Source: Candidatus Latescibacterota bacterium (GTDB lineage: Bacteria > Latescibacterota > UBA2968 > UBA8231). Taken from it: a stretch of 64,000 nt of DNA. The stretch spans positions 4,640,001 through 4,704,000 of the forward strand of contig OZ241362.1 in the NCBI GenBank assembly GCA_965200315.1, given 5' to 3'. Positions 18,977 to 29,517 of this stretch are shown here, in pieces; the stretch's first letter is position 1, and every line of letters begins with the position of its first letter. The notes beneath the pieces were generated by a model that did no database searches, had not been told where the DNA came from, and saw only the letters and a list, made by a program, of their open reading frames with translations. The translations under genes were made by a program, and so were the position numbers.

Positions 18977-19287
18977 ACGACGAGAGATACTTGCAGATTG
19001 TGCTCAAACGCATTCGAGTCTCCGCAGAATACAGGCCAAAATTCGGACGAGGGCGTGGAGATAAGGGCCTGTCGTTAGACGAGTTCCAAGTGCTTTATGG
19101 AAGCGATCCCTTCTATCCTTGGTTCGGCCTTGACCATCCGTTGATGTGCGCGGCACATAAAGCAGCGGGAGGCATGACAAGTGTTTACAGGCAGATCGGG
19201 ATCGGATGCGAAGAGTTGGTTCGCACCACCTTGCGGGTGAGATCGACTCGATTCTGGGCAAACTGCTGGAGCCGTGGCCGTTACTGA
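18973..19287 (+). pseudogene. Probable type II restriction endonuclease remnant (internally deleted)
   Basis: Short ORF (DPFYPWFGLD...AAHKAAGGMTSVYRQIGIGCE) overlapping a DNA methylase. A C-terminal-looking EIDSILGKLL follows in another frame. Confidence 0.55.
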
Positions 19288-19930
19288 GAGGCTTCGACGT
19301 TCACTCGCGCAAAGGGCCGATTACACCCACAAGCATAACGCCGAATCCGGGCGGCATGGTTGGCTGCGCCTGACTCCGGCTTACTCGCTCAAAATCGTCG
19401 ACGAAATTCTGCTAGCGTACGAAGGCATCGCCAAAATCAATGTTTTCGATCCTTTTTGCGGGACCGAGACGACCGCTCTCTGCGCGGCGTATCGCGGTCG
19501 CCGGGCAGGCACAGTAGAAATCAATCCCTTTCTGGTCTGGTTGAGCCGTACCAAGACCGACACTTATTCTACACAAGAGATTTCCGAACTGACTCAGGCC
19601 GGCCACGCGGTGTCTGACGACATTCGCCACGGCAGGACGCCGAGTGCGCCGACACCGCGTATGCACAATGTTGAACGGTGGTGGAACGCCACCGCACTCG
19701 ATTTCCTTTGTGCCCTAAAAGGTGCCATAGATGCCAGATTTGCCGAACAGACCAAGCAACGTTCTTTGCTTTTAACCGCGTTCTGTCGGACCTCGCTCCA
19801 CCTCTCCAATGCCGCCTTTAATCACCAGTCCATGTCCTTTAAGTCGGGCGTTCAGGCAACCTTTGATTTCGCTATCGACTTGTGTGGAATTTTTATTAAA
19901 AACCTGAACTTTGTTCTGGGAGGAGCGAGG
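19274..19930 (+). pseudogene. N4/N6 DNA methyltransferase, truncated
   Basis: HGWLRLTPAYS; motif I reads FDPFCGTETT (E where G is expected). No catalytic (S/D)PPY motif. The ORF then runs antisense into the next gene. Confidence 0.7.
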
Positions 19931-19951
19931 GAGCGAGTCGGCGCCAAATCC

Positions 19952-21190
19952 CTACGTCCGCTCCAGCACCACTCCCTCGCGCTCAATCCTACTGAACATC
20001 GCCCGGTACTCCTTTGTCCCGTCGTCGTCCCAATACTCGGTCTCAATGGGCGCGGCGTAGCTCATGGGTATTAGGCGGTTGCGGTCGGGCCGCACCATGA
20101 AAATCGAGTTGGCCGGATCGGCGATGTTGTACATGCGGGTGCCGTTTTTGAAGCGCGATTTGATGATCCACTTGTCTTGTGCAGGTAGCTCCAGCGCTTT
20201 CAGCCGCTCCAATTCTTCCCGGTCCAAAGTCAGCCCCAGCCCCGGTTTTTCCGGCACCCGCACAAAGCCGTTGATCGGGTCCAGCCGCTCTTCAACCACG
20301 TCGCTTTGCCAGACCTCGTAATCGTTGTGGCAGTGGAAGGTAGCTGTGGGCGCGGCGGCCATCATGTGCATGACCATGGCGCGAGTGACGGCACCGCCGA
20401 CGTTTTGCAGCATAAAGGGCTTGCCCGCCGCGGCAAACAAGCCCGCGCGACGCATGGCGTCGCCGATTTTTGCGTGGCCGAGCATGTAGATATCGGCCGG
20501 CTCCATCAGCACCTCGTAAGTGGCCCCCAGCGGAAAGTGGTGCAAGACGATGGGCCGCTTGGCTCGCTTGCGCAGGTCGATGTAGCCGTCGATATCCCCG
20601 GGCGGCAACGGGTCTTCAAAGCAACCGGCAATCGGATACTCGGCTAATTTTTCCACCAACTCGGGCATGTGGTCGTCCGTGCCGTGCATGGTGAAATCGT
20701 AGTGGATCTTGAAACCGGGCGGCGCGACCTTTTGCATGGCCTCGGTCTGGTCAAAGACGTTTTCAAACGGCGAGAGGTGGTACTTCAGCCAAGTGTAGCC
20801 CTGCGCCGCGTAGCGGGTTATGGCCTCGGCCATATGCTGGGGATGGGTCGATACCGTCCAAGCGTCCACGGGCACAAACGACCGATACTTCTGGCCGAAT
20901 AGCTTATAGACGGGGACGCCAGCAGCCTGCCCCATCAGGTCGTACATGGCCGTGCCCAACCCCAGCGAGGTCTCGTCGCCGATCCAGTCAAAGGGGTTGC
21001 TGCCGATATATTGGTCGATGGTCTCCTGCGGCTCGGGCCTCCCGCTCTCGCCGAGGCCAATCCGACCGTCGTCGGTGTGGGCGATGTAGATCGTGCGGTG
21101 TGCAGGGCCGTAGTAGTGGTTGAGCGGGTAGGCGATCCAATCTTGGTAGGCGAGCGCGACCTCGTGGACTTCGATTTGGGTAACTTGCAT
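19952..21190 (-). CDS. Mandelate racemase/muconate lactonizing enzyme family protein
   Basis: AMYDLMGQAAGVPVYKLFG, LKYH, FEDP, PEKPGLG. Confidence 0.88.
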   Translation of the reverse strand: MQVTQIEVHEVALAYQDWIAYPLNHYYGPAHRTIYIAHTDDGRIGLGESGRPEPQETIDQYIGSNPFDWIGDETSLGLGTAMYDLMGQAAGVPVYKLFGQKYRSFVPVDAWTVSTHPQHMAEAITRYAAQGYTWLKYHLSPFENVFDQTEAMQKVAPPGFKIHYDFTMHGTDDHMPELVEKLAEYPIAGCFEDPLPPGDIDGYIDLRKRAKRPIVLHHFPLGATYEVLMEPADIYMLGHAKIGDAMRRAGLFAAAGKPFMLQNVGGAVTRAMVMHMMAAAPTATFHCHNDYEVWQSDVVEERLDPINGFVRVPEKPGLGLTLDREELERLKALELPAQDKWIIKSRFKNGTRMYNIADPANSIFMVRPDRNRLIPMSYAAPIETEYWDDDGTKEYRAMFSRIEREGVVLERT

Positions 21191-21214
21191 ACCTAGATGC
21201 CTTTCTGCTCAGAG

Positions 21215-22183
21215 TCAGGGGAATTTGAGCACGACCTTCAGGGCTTGGTGCGGCTCGGGATCGTCAAAGGCCATGGCAAAGGCTTGCTGGATCTCGGCAA
21301 AGGGCAGGACGTGACTGATGATCGGCGCGATGTCAATGCGTCCTTGGACGATCCAGTCGAGTGCTGGCCGGTAGTCGCGGTCGGGATTGGGACCGATCGA
21401 GAAAATCAAGCGCAGTTCTTGGCGCAACAGGTCCAGCATCCTGACCGTCATCAAGCCCTCGACGTGGTCCTTGTCCGGGACGCCAAAGCAGATCACCTCC
21501 GCGTTGCGATGACAGAGAGCCGGTACGAGGCTGAGAGTCGCGGCGACGCCCACGGCCTCGACTGCGAGACCGGCCATGGCACCGCCGGTGATCTCGGCAA
21601 CCGCGGCGACCGGGTCTTGGGAGGCCGAGCAAATCGCGTGCGTGGCCCCCATCTGCCGGCCCACCTCCAAGCGGTAAGGCAGCGAATCGATCGCCACGAT
21701 GCGACGTGCGCCGAGGTTGCGCAGTACCGAGTTGAACAGCAGCCCCACCGGCCCTTGACCGATCACTACCACATCGCGGTCGATGATGTTGCCCAGCTTG
21801 TAGAAGCTGTGGATCACCGTGCCCAAAAGCTGGCTCATCAGCACCTTTTCCTCGGGCAGGTCGCCGGGCAGGCGGATGCAGCCGCCATCGTCCTTGGCTA
21901 AGACGTACTCCTGAAAAAGCCCGCGGTCAAATCCCCACAACAGCACCCGTTCCCCCTCTCGATAGCGACCCGACGGGCAGGCTTCGACCACGCCCATGCC
22001 TTCATGTCCAGTGGCTCCTAGCGGCTGTGGATAGCGCTTGTGGGGGCCGCAAAACGGCGGCTTGTCGCTGCCGCAAACCGCGACCCGCTCCATCCGCACG
22101 AGCATCTGGTCGCCGACTGGCTGGGGTTTGTCCGTCTCGATGATTGCCCACTGACGCGGGGCGACTAGTTGAGCCGCACGCAT
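21215..22183 (-). CDS. Zinc-binding dehydrogenase
   Basis: CGSD, GHEG, GQGPVG. Confidence 0.88.
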   Translation of the reverse strand: MRAAQLVAPRQWAIIETDKPQPVGDQMLVRMERVAVCGSDKPPFCGPHKRYPQPLGATGHEGMGVVEACPSGRYREGERVLLWGFDRGLFQEYVLAKDDGGCIRLPGDLPEEKVLMSQLLGTVIHSFYKLGNIIDRDVVVIGQGPVGLLFNSVLRNLGARRIVAIDSLPYRLEVGRQMGATHAICSASQDPVAAVAEITGGAMAGLAVEAVGVAATLSLVPALCHRNAEVICFGVPDKDHVEGLMTVRMLDLLRQELRLIFSIGPNPDRDYRPALDWIVQGRIDIAPIISHVLPFAEIQQAFAMAFDDPEPHQALKVVLKFP

Positions 22184-22205
22184 ACCTTTCCTTTCTACCT
22201 ATCAT

Positions 22206-23423
22206 TTACTGATCGAAGAAGTCGGCGTCTTCCTCGCGTAGATAGTGCCGCGCTTCTTCGGCGATTAGATCGACGCCCATCCCGGGCGCGTCCCAAACGG
22301 CGATGTGGCTATCGACCACAATCGGATCGGGCAAGCCCTCGACAATGTCGTACCACCACTCGGGCTGGCCAGTCGGATATTCAAAGGCAATGTAGTTTTG
22401 CGGCAGCGTCGCTGCGACCTGCACCAAAGCCGCCAAGCCCAACAGGCCGTCGAGCACGCCGTGGGGAGCCATGAGGATACCGTGCAGGTCGGCGTATTCG
22501 GCCACCCATTTGAGCTCGGCGATGCCGCCGATGTCGCAGGGATCCGGGCCGATGATATCCACGGCGCGCTTTTCGATCAGATCCTGAAAATTGTGTCGCA
22601 AATAGATCTGCTCGCCGGTGTGGATCGGCGTTGAGGTGCTCTGTGTGACCTCTCGGTAGTGATCCGCCGAAACGTAAGGGACGTAATCGCCGGTGAGCAT
22701 GTCCTCTAGCCAAGCCACGTTGAGCTCTTCAACGGCCCGGCCCAAGCGCAGCGCGTCTGGCACGAGAAAACCCGGGCCTAAGTCCAGCGCCAAGCCAACC
22801 TCGTCGCCGCAGACTTCCTTCATCGCGTGGATGCAATCGACTATGTAGTTGAGGCCGCGTTCGCTCAAGGGGCCGCGATTGGCGTGGAACGGGCCGGCTT
22901 GGTGGGTGCCGTAGAAATGTTCAGGCGACTCGGTAATCCTGCCGCCGTGGAAGGCGAGGCCCTGTTTGATGATGCTGAACTTCTGCGGCGCGTCCTTCAT
23001 GCGCTGCATGTTGTCCGCGTAGTCCTCGGGCGGGCGGGCGCCCGCCGCGGGCGAGCGGGCGGGTGCCATGGGGAAGCGCACCGCACCATTGTACACCCGC
23101 ACGCGGTCGCGGACCTTGCCGCCGAGCAGCTTGTACACCGGCGCACCCACGGCCTTGCCGGCAATGTCCCACAGCGCCATTTCAATCGCACTGACCGCAC
23201 TGCCCCAAGGCTTGAAGCTGCCCAAGCGCCGGATATTGAGCATCACTCGCTCGACATCGGTCGGGTCCTGACCGAGGATGCGGTCTTTGTAAAACAGCAC
23301 GTGGGGCTTGAGGTAGGACTTGCTCGCCTCGACTTCCCCGAGGCCGTAGATGCCCTCGTCGGTATTGATGCGCACGACCGGGTTGTTGCCAATGACCGCG
23401 CATTTGAGGTCCGTGATTTTCAT
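22206..23423 (-). CDS. Mandelate racemase/muconate lactonizing enzyme family protein
   Basis: EMALWDIAGK, LLGGKVRD, WLED, TGEQ, APH. Start moved to MKITDL. Confidence 0.9.
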   Translation of the reverse strand: MKITDLKCAVIGNNPVVRINTDEGIYGLGEVEASKSYLKPHVLFYKDRILGQDPTDVERVMLNIRRLGSFKPWGSAVSAIEMALWDIAGKAVGAPVYKLLGGKVRDRVRVYNGAVRFPMAPARSPAAGARPPEDYADNMQRMKDAPQKFSIIKQGLAFHGGRITESPEHFYGTHQAGPFHANRGPLSERGLNYIVDCIHAMKEVCGDEVGLALDLGPGFLVPDALRLGRAVEELNVAWLEDMLTGDYVPYVSADHYREVTQSTSTPIHTGEQIYLRHNFQDLIEKRAVDIIGPDPCDIGGIAELKWVAEYADLHGILMAPHGVLDGLLGLAALVQVAATLPQNYIAFEYPTGQPEWWYDIVEGLPDPIVVDSHIAVWDAPGMGVDLIAEEARHYLREEDADFFDQ

Positions 23424-23474
23424 CTGTTGCCTTTCTCTAAGGAGTCCTTTCCTAACCCCTGAATACATTTGTGT

Positions 23475-23497
23475 CGGGCGACCCTTGTGATCGCCCG
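23475..23497. repeat. REP-like palindrome
   Basis: CGGGCGA-cccttgtga-TCGCCCG; minus strand resembles the GGGCGAcCACAAGGGTCGCCC REP type. Confidence 0.55.
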
Positions 23498-23613
23498 TTG
23501 TTTGACAATCGCAGGGGCTGCCCGAGAAAGCCAGTGGCATGTATGAGAGGGCTTCTAATAATTGCCGGCTCTAATCTGCCGTTTATCCGGCCTGTGGGCA
23601 ATCGGTTGGGGAG

Positions 23614-26529
23614 TCAGTCCCCGCTCACCAGCTCCTTCAGCTTCCAGTCGAGCGGGATGCGCATCCGCCCCTCGTTGCGGCGGTCGAAGAGCAAGTAGTT
23701 TTCGCGCAGCCCGAAGTAAAACAAGTCGCGGGTCAATTCCACGTCCTTTTGGCAGTACTCGGCAATCAAATCGAGTCGCCCCTCCTTGAACCACCGCAGC
23801 GCGTCCAGCCCATCGGCGCTCTTGGGTGCGTCGAGCGTGGCCCGGCCCAGCGAATCGAGGCTCACCCGGTAGCGCAGCCGCTGGTGGATCTCGCGCAGCA
23901 TATCGAGCGTGTTGAGCGTGCGGAAGTCGAATGGACTGTACCCGCGCAAGACCGAATAGTCAAAGCCGATGATGTTGAAACCGACGATCAAATCGGCCGC
24001 CTGTAGATGCTCTAAGAGCCGGTCGATGTCTTCCTCAAAATACGTCGTACAATCCTGAGCACGGCTGTCCCACACCACGCCGACCGACATGCCCATCATG
24101 TGCGCCTTGTTCCATCCGCCAACCTCGGCGGCCGAGCGCTGGGTCTCGAGGTCGAACACGACCAAGTGCGGGCCTTGTTCGGGCGGCGCGTCCTCTGCCA
24201 CCTCCTCTGCTTCCCACTCGGCAAAAATCGGCGCGTCCTCTGAGACCTCGGCTGTGGATGGAATGCGCTCGATGGCCCGGCGGCCCGTGAGTGCGCCGAG
24301 CAGGTGAATCGCGCCGGCCTTGTCGAGGGGGACGTTGCCCGCGCCGCACGTGGGAAAATGGATGCAAGACGGACAGCCGAGCAGACAATCGCAGGTTTCG
24401 ACCATGGACCGCGTCATGTCCAAGAGGCGGTCGAGCTGGGCAAAGCCCTTTTCCGCCAAGCCAATGCCGCCGGGGTGATAGTCGTACACGAAAATCGCGC
24501 CTTTGCCGAGCTGGGGGTGTTGGGGATAGCAGATCCCACCGACGTCCGTGCGGTCGCACAGGGCCAGCAGCGGAAAGAGCGACTTCATGGCGTGTTCAAT
24601 CGCGTGGATCGACCCCATGTAGTGGTGCTGGTGGCGGCTGAGGTCGGCCTTAAAGTGGGAGTCGAGTTCAAGCCAGAAGCCAATCGTCTCAAAGTGCTCC
24701 ACCGGCGACTCCAACGGGTGTTTGCTGAGCACGACTTGGTCGCCGACGCGGATTTTTTCGTAGCCTACCACTTGCGAGCTGACCTTGAGCCGGCCCAACC
24801 GCGCCATAAAGCCCTTTAAGGGCCGCGAGCGCAATTCCGCTAAAATCTCGGTGTCCTTTTCCGTGCGGGCGCGAGTGAAGTACGCCACATCCACTTCCTC
24901 GGCGTAGAGCTGGCCCCGCTCGGGGTTGCGGTCGCCGATCTCGTACTGGCGGCCTCGGTGCAAGTAAATCGCGCCTTTGTAGCACTCGCCGTACACCTGA
25001 CCGCCGCTGACTGTGCCGATCGGGTTGTTGTGGCGATCGACGATGTTATACGACTCGCCGATGGTGCGCATGTTGACCAAGCGATGCGGTTGCTTGCGTG
25101 CGGCAAACCACGCGTCGCCCTCGGCGTTCTGCAGCAGTGTGCCCTCCTCAGTCAGCGCATCAATCGCCTCCTGATAGTTGGGCAGCGCGTACTCGGGCTC
25201 GCAAGCGGCGAGGGGCAATTCGCGCGCCGCGCACACGAGGTGGTTTTTGAGGATGTACTGATTCGTCGGATCCACCACCGCGTCTTCTAAATCGCGTCCG
25301 AAAAACTCCCTTGGGTGCCGCATGAAATACTGGTCGAGGGCGTCGGGAGAGGCAATGAGGAGGATTAGCGACTCGCGGCCGGCGCGGCCCACGCGGCCCG
25401 CACGCTGCCAAGTGTTGATGATCGAACCCGGATAACCGACCAACACGCAGACATCCAAGCCGCCGATGTCAATGCCCAACTCCAAGGCCGACGTGGCCAC
25501 CACGCCTATGAGCGGACCGCCGTTGAGCGCCTGCTCAATCTGGCGGCGCTCGCTGGGCAAATAGCCCGCGCGATACGAGGAGATCCGCTCCCGCAAGTCC
25601 GGGCGGCTCTGGGTGGCCCAGCGGTACACGAGTTCGGTGGTGATGCGAGCGCGGGTGAAGACAATCGTGCGGAAGCCCTTGAGTACGCTGGTGCGCAGCA
25701 CATGGGCCGCGAGGGTGTTGGGGCTTTCGCTCGGATTGACGAACACGAAGTGGCGCGCCGCAGCCGGTGCGCCGTGGTCTTCAATCGCGTAAAAGGAGCG
25801 GTTGAGCAACTCGCCCGCCAGCTCGCGGGGATTGCCCATCGTCGCCGAGCTGGTGATGTACACTGGATCGGCCCCGTAGTGCGCGCAGATGCGGTTCAAG
25901 CGGCGAAACAGGTGCAGCACGTGGGTGCCAAAGACGCCGCTATACGTGTGCAGCTCGTCGATGACCACGTAGCGCAGGCGGGCGAAGAAGCCGGCCCAAG
26001 CCTCGTGGAAGGCGAGGATGCCCGAGTGCAGCATGTCCGGCGTGGTGAAGAGCACCTGCGGCGGCTTGGTGCGAATTTGCCGGCGGCGGTGGGCCGTGGT
26101 GTCGCCGTCGTAGATGGCCGCTTGCAGCGTGCCGCCCAAGCCCTGCATCAGGCCGCTCAGCTCGTCGAACTGATCCTGCTCCAGGGCCTTGAGCGGGAAC
26201 ACGTAGAGCGCGTGCGCCGCTGGATCGTCGAGCAGCGTGGCCAGCACGGGCGCGTTGTACACCAAGGTCTTGCCCGAGGCCGTGGGCGTGGCAATGGCCA
26301 CGTGCTGGCCCTCCAGCACCTTTTGGATGCCCTCGGCTTGGTGCGTATAGAGCGCGTGGATGCGGGCGATTCCGAGGATGCGGGCCATGGCCGGAGGCAG
26401 GCCAGCCAAGTCGCGGACTAGGCGCGCCGGGCGCGCGGGCAAGGTCTGGTGGTGGACGACCTCATTGCCCAAGATGCGGCGTTTGAGAAAGCGGATGTGC
26501 TCGGCGATGCTCTCGGCGTCGCAGATCAA
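23614..26529 (-). CDS. DEAD/DEAH helicase with DUF1998 (YprA/MrfA/Hrq1-type) fused to a C-terminal RNase H-like exonuclease
   Basis: TASGKT, DELH, SAT, QRAGRVGR, CDC..GCPSC, then FDLETQ...GFNIIGFD...YCQKDV. Confidence 0.9.
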   Translation of the reverse strand: MICDAESIAEHIRFLKRRILGNEVVHHQTLPARPARLVRDLAGLPPAMARILGIARIHALYTHQAEGIQKVLEGQHVAIATPTASGKTLVYNAPVLATLLDDPAAHALYVFPLKALEQDQFDELSGLMQGLGGTLQAAIYDGDTTAHRRRQIRTKPPQVLFTTPDMLHSGILAFHEAWAGFFARLRYVVIDELHTYSGVFGTHVLHLFRRLNRICAHYGADPVYITSSATMGNPRELAGELLNRSFYAIEDHGAPAAARHFVFVNPSESPNTLAAHVLRTSVLKGFRTIVFTRARITTELVYRWATQSRPDLRERISSYRAGYLPSERRQIEQALNGGPLIGVVATSALELGIDIGGLDVCVLVGYPGSIINTWQRAGRVGRAGRESLILLIASPDALDQYFMRHPREFFGRDLEDAVVDPTNQYILKNHLVCAARELPLAACEPEYALPNYQEAIDALTEEGTLLQNAEGDAWFAARKQPHRLVNMRTIGESYNIVDRHNNPIGTVSGGQVYGECYKGAIYLHRGRQYEIGDRNPERGQLYAEEVDVAYFTRARTEKDTEILAELRSRPLKGFMARLGRLKVSSQVVGYEKIRVGDQVVLSKHPLESPVEHFETIGFWLELDSHFKADLSRHQHHYMGSIHAIEHAMKSLFPLLALCDRTDVGGICYPQHPQLGKGAIFVYDYHPGGIGLAEKGFAQLDRLLDMTRSMVETCDCLLGCPSCIHFPTCGAGNVPLDKAGAIHLLGALTGRRAIERIPSTAEVSEDAPIFAEWEAEEVAEDAPPEQGPHLVVFDLETQRSAAEVGGWNKAHMMGMSVGVVWDSRAQDCTTYFEEDIDRLLEHLQAADLIVGFNIIGFDYSVLRGYSPFDFRTLNTLDMLREIHQRLRYRVSLDSLGRATLDAPKSADGLDALRWFKEGRLDLIAEYCQKDVELTRDLFYFGLRENYLLFDRRNEGRMRIPLDWKLKELVSGD

Positions 26530-26654
26530 GGCCCAATTTCCTGAAGCAGTGTATGGCGAAGACGAGCAGGGACAACAGGGAGGAGAAGAGGATAGCTAAG
26601 CTGTTGGGCTAGGGCAAGGCGAAGGGAGAACTTAGATGCGCGTCATTTTGAAAC

Positions 26655-26795
26655 TTAGTTAGGAGAATCTACGCCGACTTTGATTTCTCTGTGCCGGGGT
26701 ATCGCAGATCGTCGGCCATCAGAGATATTCCTCCACCATGAGTGTTTTCCGCATCCGCTCTGACGGAGATGTTTCAACAGATCAATCCGTTTCAC
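26655..26795 (-). pseudogene. hicA: HicA toxin remnant (46 aa, short internal deletion and truncated C-terminus)
   Basis: MKRIDLLKHLRQSGC-GKHSWWRN...SAIPRHREI. GTG start overlaps the hicB stop (GTGA). Not in ORF track. Confidence 0.75.
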
Positions 26796-26998
26796 ACGGT
26801 AATCACTAGCTCTTCGTAGGCATCGCCTACAAGGTCCAAGATCTCTTGGCGATGAAAATCAAGAGCCTCGTGGAGTGCCTCCCTAATACTTTCCAGCAAC
26901 TCCTCGCGGGTGCGTTCTTGGCAATTAACACCAGGAACGTTTTGAACCCACCCAATCCACCATTCCCCTTCTTGTTTTAGGATAGCAGTATATGTTTT
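26792..26998 (-). pseudogene. hicB: HicB antitoxin lacking its start codon
   Basis: KTYTAILKQEGEWWIGWVQNVPGVNCQERTREELLESIREAL...ITV*. Not in ORF track. Confidence 0.8.
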
Positions 26999-27958
26999 GC
27001 CTGAATAACAGATCTACTTCGTTGCCTTTATTGTCGCGGAAAAAGTAGAGTTCAGGCTCTTTGCCCGCGTTGAGTCTGGCTTTCAAGGCTTCGATGACGA
27101 CCATGTTTTCAAAGAGCTGGCCGATCAGTGGATCCCGGGCCGCGAGTGCGGGCGATTCAATGCCGAGCAAGTAGGACGCGAGCCCGACATCGGTAAAATG
27201 GATTTTTGGCGATTTGACGATGCGTTTGCCAAAGTTTTCAAAATAGGGATTCAGCCGGAAAATAGTGTGCGATGCTTCGAGTACCGAGAGCCATTCTTTT
27301 AGCGTGGTACCCGACACCCCCACGTCGTTAGCCAGCGAACTCAGATTCAAAACCTGACCGACGCGTCCAGCCAGCAGGCGCGTGAAGTTCTCAAAATCTG
27401 TCAGGCTCCTGAGGTTGATCATCTGTCTGATGTCGCGCTCGATATAGGTTTGACAGTAATTGCGGTATAGGCGCGTTGGATTGACTTGTTCGCTGTGCAG
27501 GCGGGGCATAAAGCCTTGGTGGATAAATTCGTCGCGGGTGTGTGTGATGCCGGTTGCTTTGAGTTCTCCTATCGACAAGGGCAGCAGGCTCAAGAGGGCG
27601 GTGCGTCCAGCCAAGGATTGGGCCACGGTTTCTTGCAGACGCAACTGGTGACTGCCGGTGAGGATGTATTGTCCGCGTTGCCGGCTGCTGTCAGCGAGGC
27701 CTTGGATGGTTGAGAGTAGTTCAGGTACGCGCTGGATTTCGTCGATAATAACGGGTGGCGGAAATTGCGAGAAGAAAGCGTGGGGATCGCTCATCGCTAG
27801 CCTGCGTACATCGGGTGCTTCTAGATTCGCATAAGCGTGGTTGGGAAACTGCATACGCGCCAACGTGGTTTTCCCGCCTGCCATGGACCGATGATTGTCA
27901 CCACGGGAAATTCGGTTGCCGTCGCCGCCAATTCTCCGGCGATTTGTCGTAAAATCAC
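26999..27958 (-). pseudogene. AAA+ ATPase (AAA_14/DUF4143 type), frameshifted and C-terminally truncated
   Basis: GTG 27958 gives MILRQIAG...VVTIIGPWQAGK, then a 1-nt frameshift inside Walker A. IIDEIQ, LTGS, SLAGR, FEN, EVDL follow, then the frame runs into hicB. Confidence 0.85.
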
Positions 27959-28157
27959 GGTTCTGATCTCTATTCGCGTGGATGTTCCTCAAGGACAAAA
28001 TGAGAAATCGGTACAGATTTCAAATTAAACCTTAAATATGTACCAATTTCAAGCCTGTCCTTGACATCATCAGTTATCGAAAATGTATTTCGCAGATGAA
28101 CCGGGCGGTCGAGACCGCCAACGAGCTTCGACCGGCACTTTTGAACCGAGAAAGAGA

Positions 28158-28877
28158 ATGGAATCCTCGCAAACATCTATTAAAGCCCTGACTGTCGATG
28201 TCTTTGGCACGGTCACCGACTGGTACTCTACCATTGTGCGAGAGGGTGAGCGCTTAGGCTGCGGCAAGCGGCTTTCCGTGGACTGGGCGCGCTTTGCCAC
28301 GGCTTGGCGCGGTGGCTATGAACCTGCTATGGGTCGTGTGCGGCGCGGCGAATTGCCGTGGACGAAAATAGACGCGCTCCACCGAATGATTCTCGATGAC
28401 ATTCTGCAAGACTTCTCGATTCCTGCGTTGTCCGAGGACGAGCGAAGTGATTTCAATCGCGTTTGGCACAGACTGGACCTGTGGCCCGATGTGGTCGGCG
28501 GCATGTTGCGGCTAAAGTCCAAATACATTGTTGCCGCGCTTTCCAATGGCAACGTGTCGCTGCTGACCAACATGGCCAAGCACACCGGTATTCCGTGGGA
28601 CTGTATCTTGTCAGCAGAGCTTGCGCGGCATTACAAGCCGGACCGGGAAGTGTACGAGACGGCGGCGCATCTTCTAGATTTGGAGCCGCCTTCAATCCTG
28701 ATGGTCGCGGCGCATCGCCACGACTTAGAGGGGGCTAGAGCCGTTGGGTTCAAAACGGCCTTCATTGGACGTCCACTTGAATGGGGACCGGGAGGCCAAG
28801 CAGACACCGCGCAAGACGGAGATTTTGACATAATTGCTCGAGATTTCCACGACCTTGCAGCGCAGCTTGGAATCTAA
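28158..28877 (+). CDS. Haloacid dehalogenase type II
   Basis: DVFGTVTDW, LSNGN, YKPD, MVAAH..DL. Start moved to ATG 28158. Confidence 0.92.
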   Translation: MESSQTSIKALTVDVFGTVTDWYSTIVREGERLGCGKRLSVDWARFATAWRGGYEPAMGRVRRGELPWTKIDALHRMILDDILQDFSIPALSEDERSDFNRVWHRLDLWPDVVGGMLRLKSKYIVAALSNGNVSLLTNMAKHTGIPWDCILSAELARHYKPDREVYETAAHLLDLEPPSILMVAAHRHDLEGARAVGFKTAFIGRPLEWGPGGQADTAQDGDFDIIARDFHDLAAQLGI

Positions 28878-28982
28878 TCTACGAATGGCGACCTGTCTGC
28901 CCCTCGCCGTGGGGGAGACGTGCCTTCGGCAGCAGGAACGACACCGGGCAGCGACAATGTTGGCCGACCCGTTGCAAAGGTC

Positions 28983-29063
28983 TTGTTCCTGTGCGGATAC
29001 TTCGACAGCGGCTACTTAGGCTACGAGGCGGCGGAAGGCATCGACTGGGTGTGGGAGCATCGG
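28983..29063 (+). pseudogene. C-terminal fragment of a XamI-like restriction endonuclease
   Basis: LFLCGYFDSGYLGYEAAEGIDWVWEHR, recalled as the conserved XamI-family C-terminus. Flanks are unrelated. Confidence 0.55.
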
Positions 29064-29112
29064 AGTCGTTTCTATTATCTTTCTGTCCATAATGCGATAA
29101 GGCGGCCTGTGA

Positions 29113-29517
29113 ATGCCGATACCATTCGAGCTGATTATGGAACAGGCTCCGGTGTCTTCCCAAACCCGTCGGAGGCAGAGACTCCACGAGTGGCGACAAG
29201 AGCTGGAAAGGGCCGCCAGACCGATCTGGGCTACGGAGGCCCCTGTTGCCGTTCCGGTATCGGTCACAATCACTTATTTCTTTGACGACACGCCAGTTGA
29301 TGTTGATAATTTACCCAAACCTATCCTCGACGCTTTGAAAGGATTGGTATTTCGGGATGATTCTCAGGTGTACGACCTACTTTGTCGCAAGAGAAATAGA
29401 GCTGATAACTTGTGGATCGTAGAGCCATCGCAAGGCTTGCTAGACGCTCTCGATAGTTATAGGCAAGTACTGCACATCAAAGTGACCGCCGCCCAGAATC
29501 AGGAGATCGCATTTTGA
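29113..29517 (+). CDS. RusA-family Holliday junction resolvase-like endonuclease
   Basis: DVDNLPKPILDAL and DDSQV motifs. Confidence 0.85.
   Translation: MPIPFELIMEQAPVSSQTRRRQRLHEWRQELERAARPIWATEAPVAVPVSVTITYFFDDTPVDVDNLPKPILDALKGLVFRDDSQVYDLLCRKRNRADNLWIVEPSQGLLDALDSYRQVLHIKVTAAQNQEIAF

Noticed and set aside
21197-21901. 234-aa plus-strand ORF and similar long antisense ORFs (e.g. 38910-39794, 43150-44031, 47726-48649, 55183-56091)
   Set aside because: Shadow ORFs opposite well-supported genes, expected from GC-rich codon bias; no family motifs.
23028-23066. GC-rich CCCG-repeat stretch encoding APARSPAAGARPP in the racemase
   Set aside because: May be a small insertion, but low complexity and no second copy; cannot be supported without an alignment.
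28920-29285. 121-aa ORF as a real gene
   Set aside because: Only ~27 codons resemble a protein family; the rest is unrelated or overlaps the RusA-like gene.
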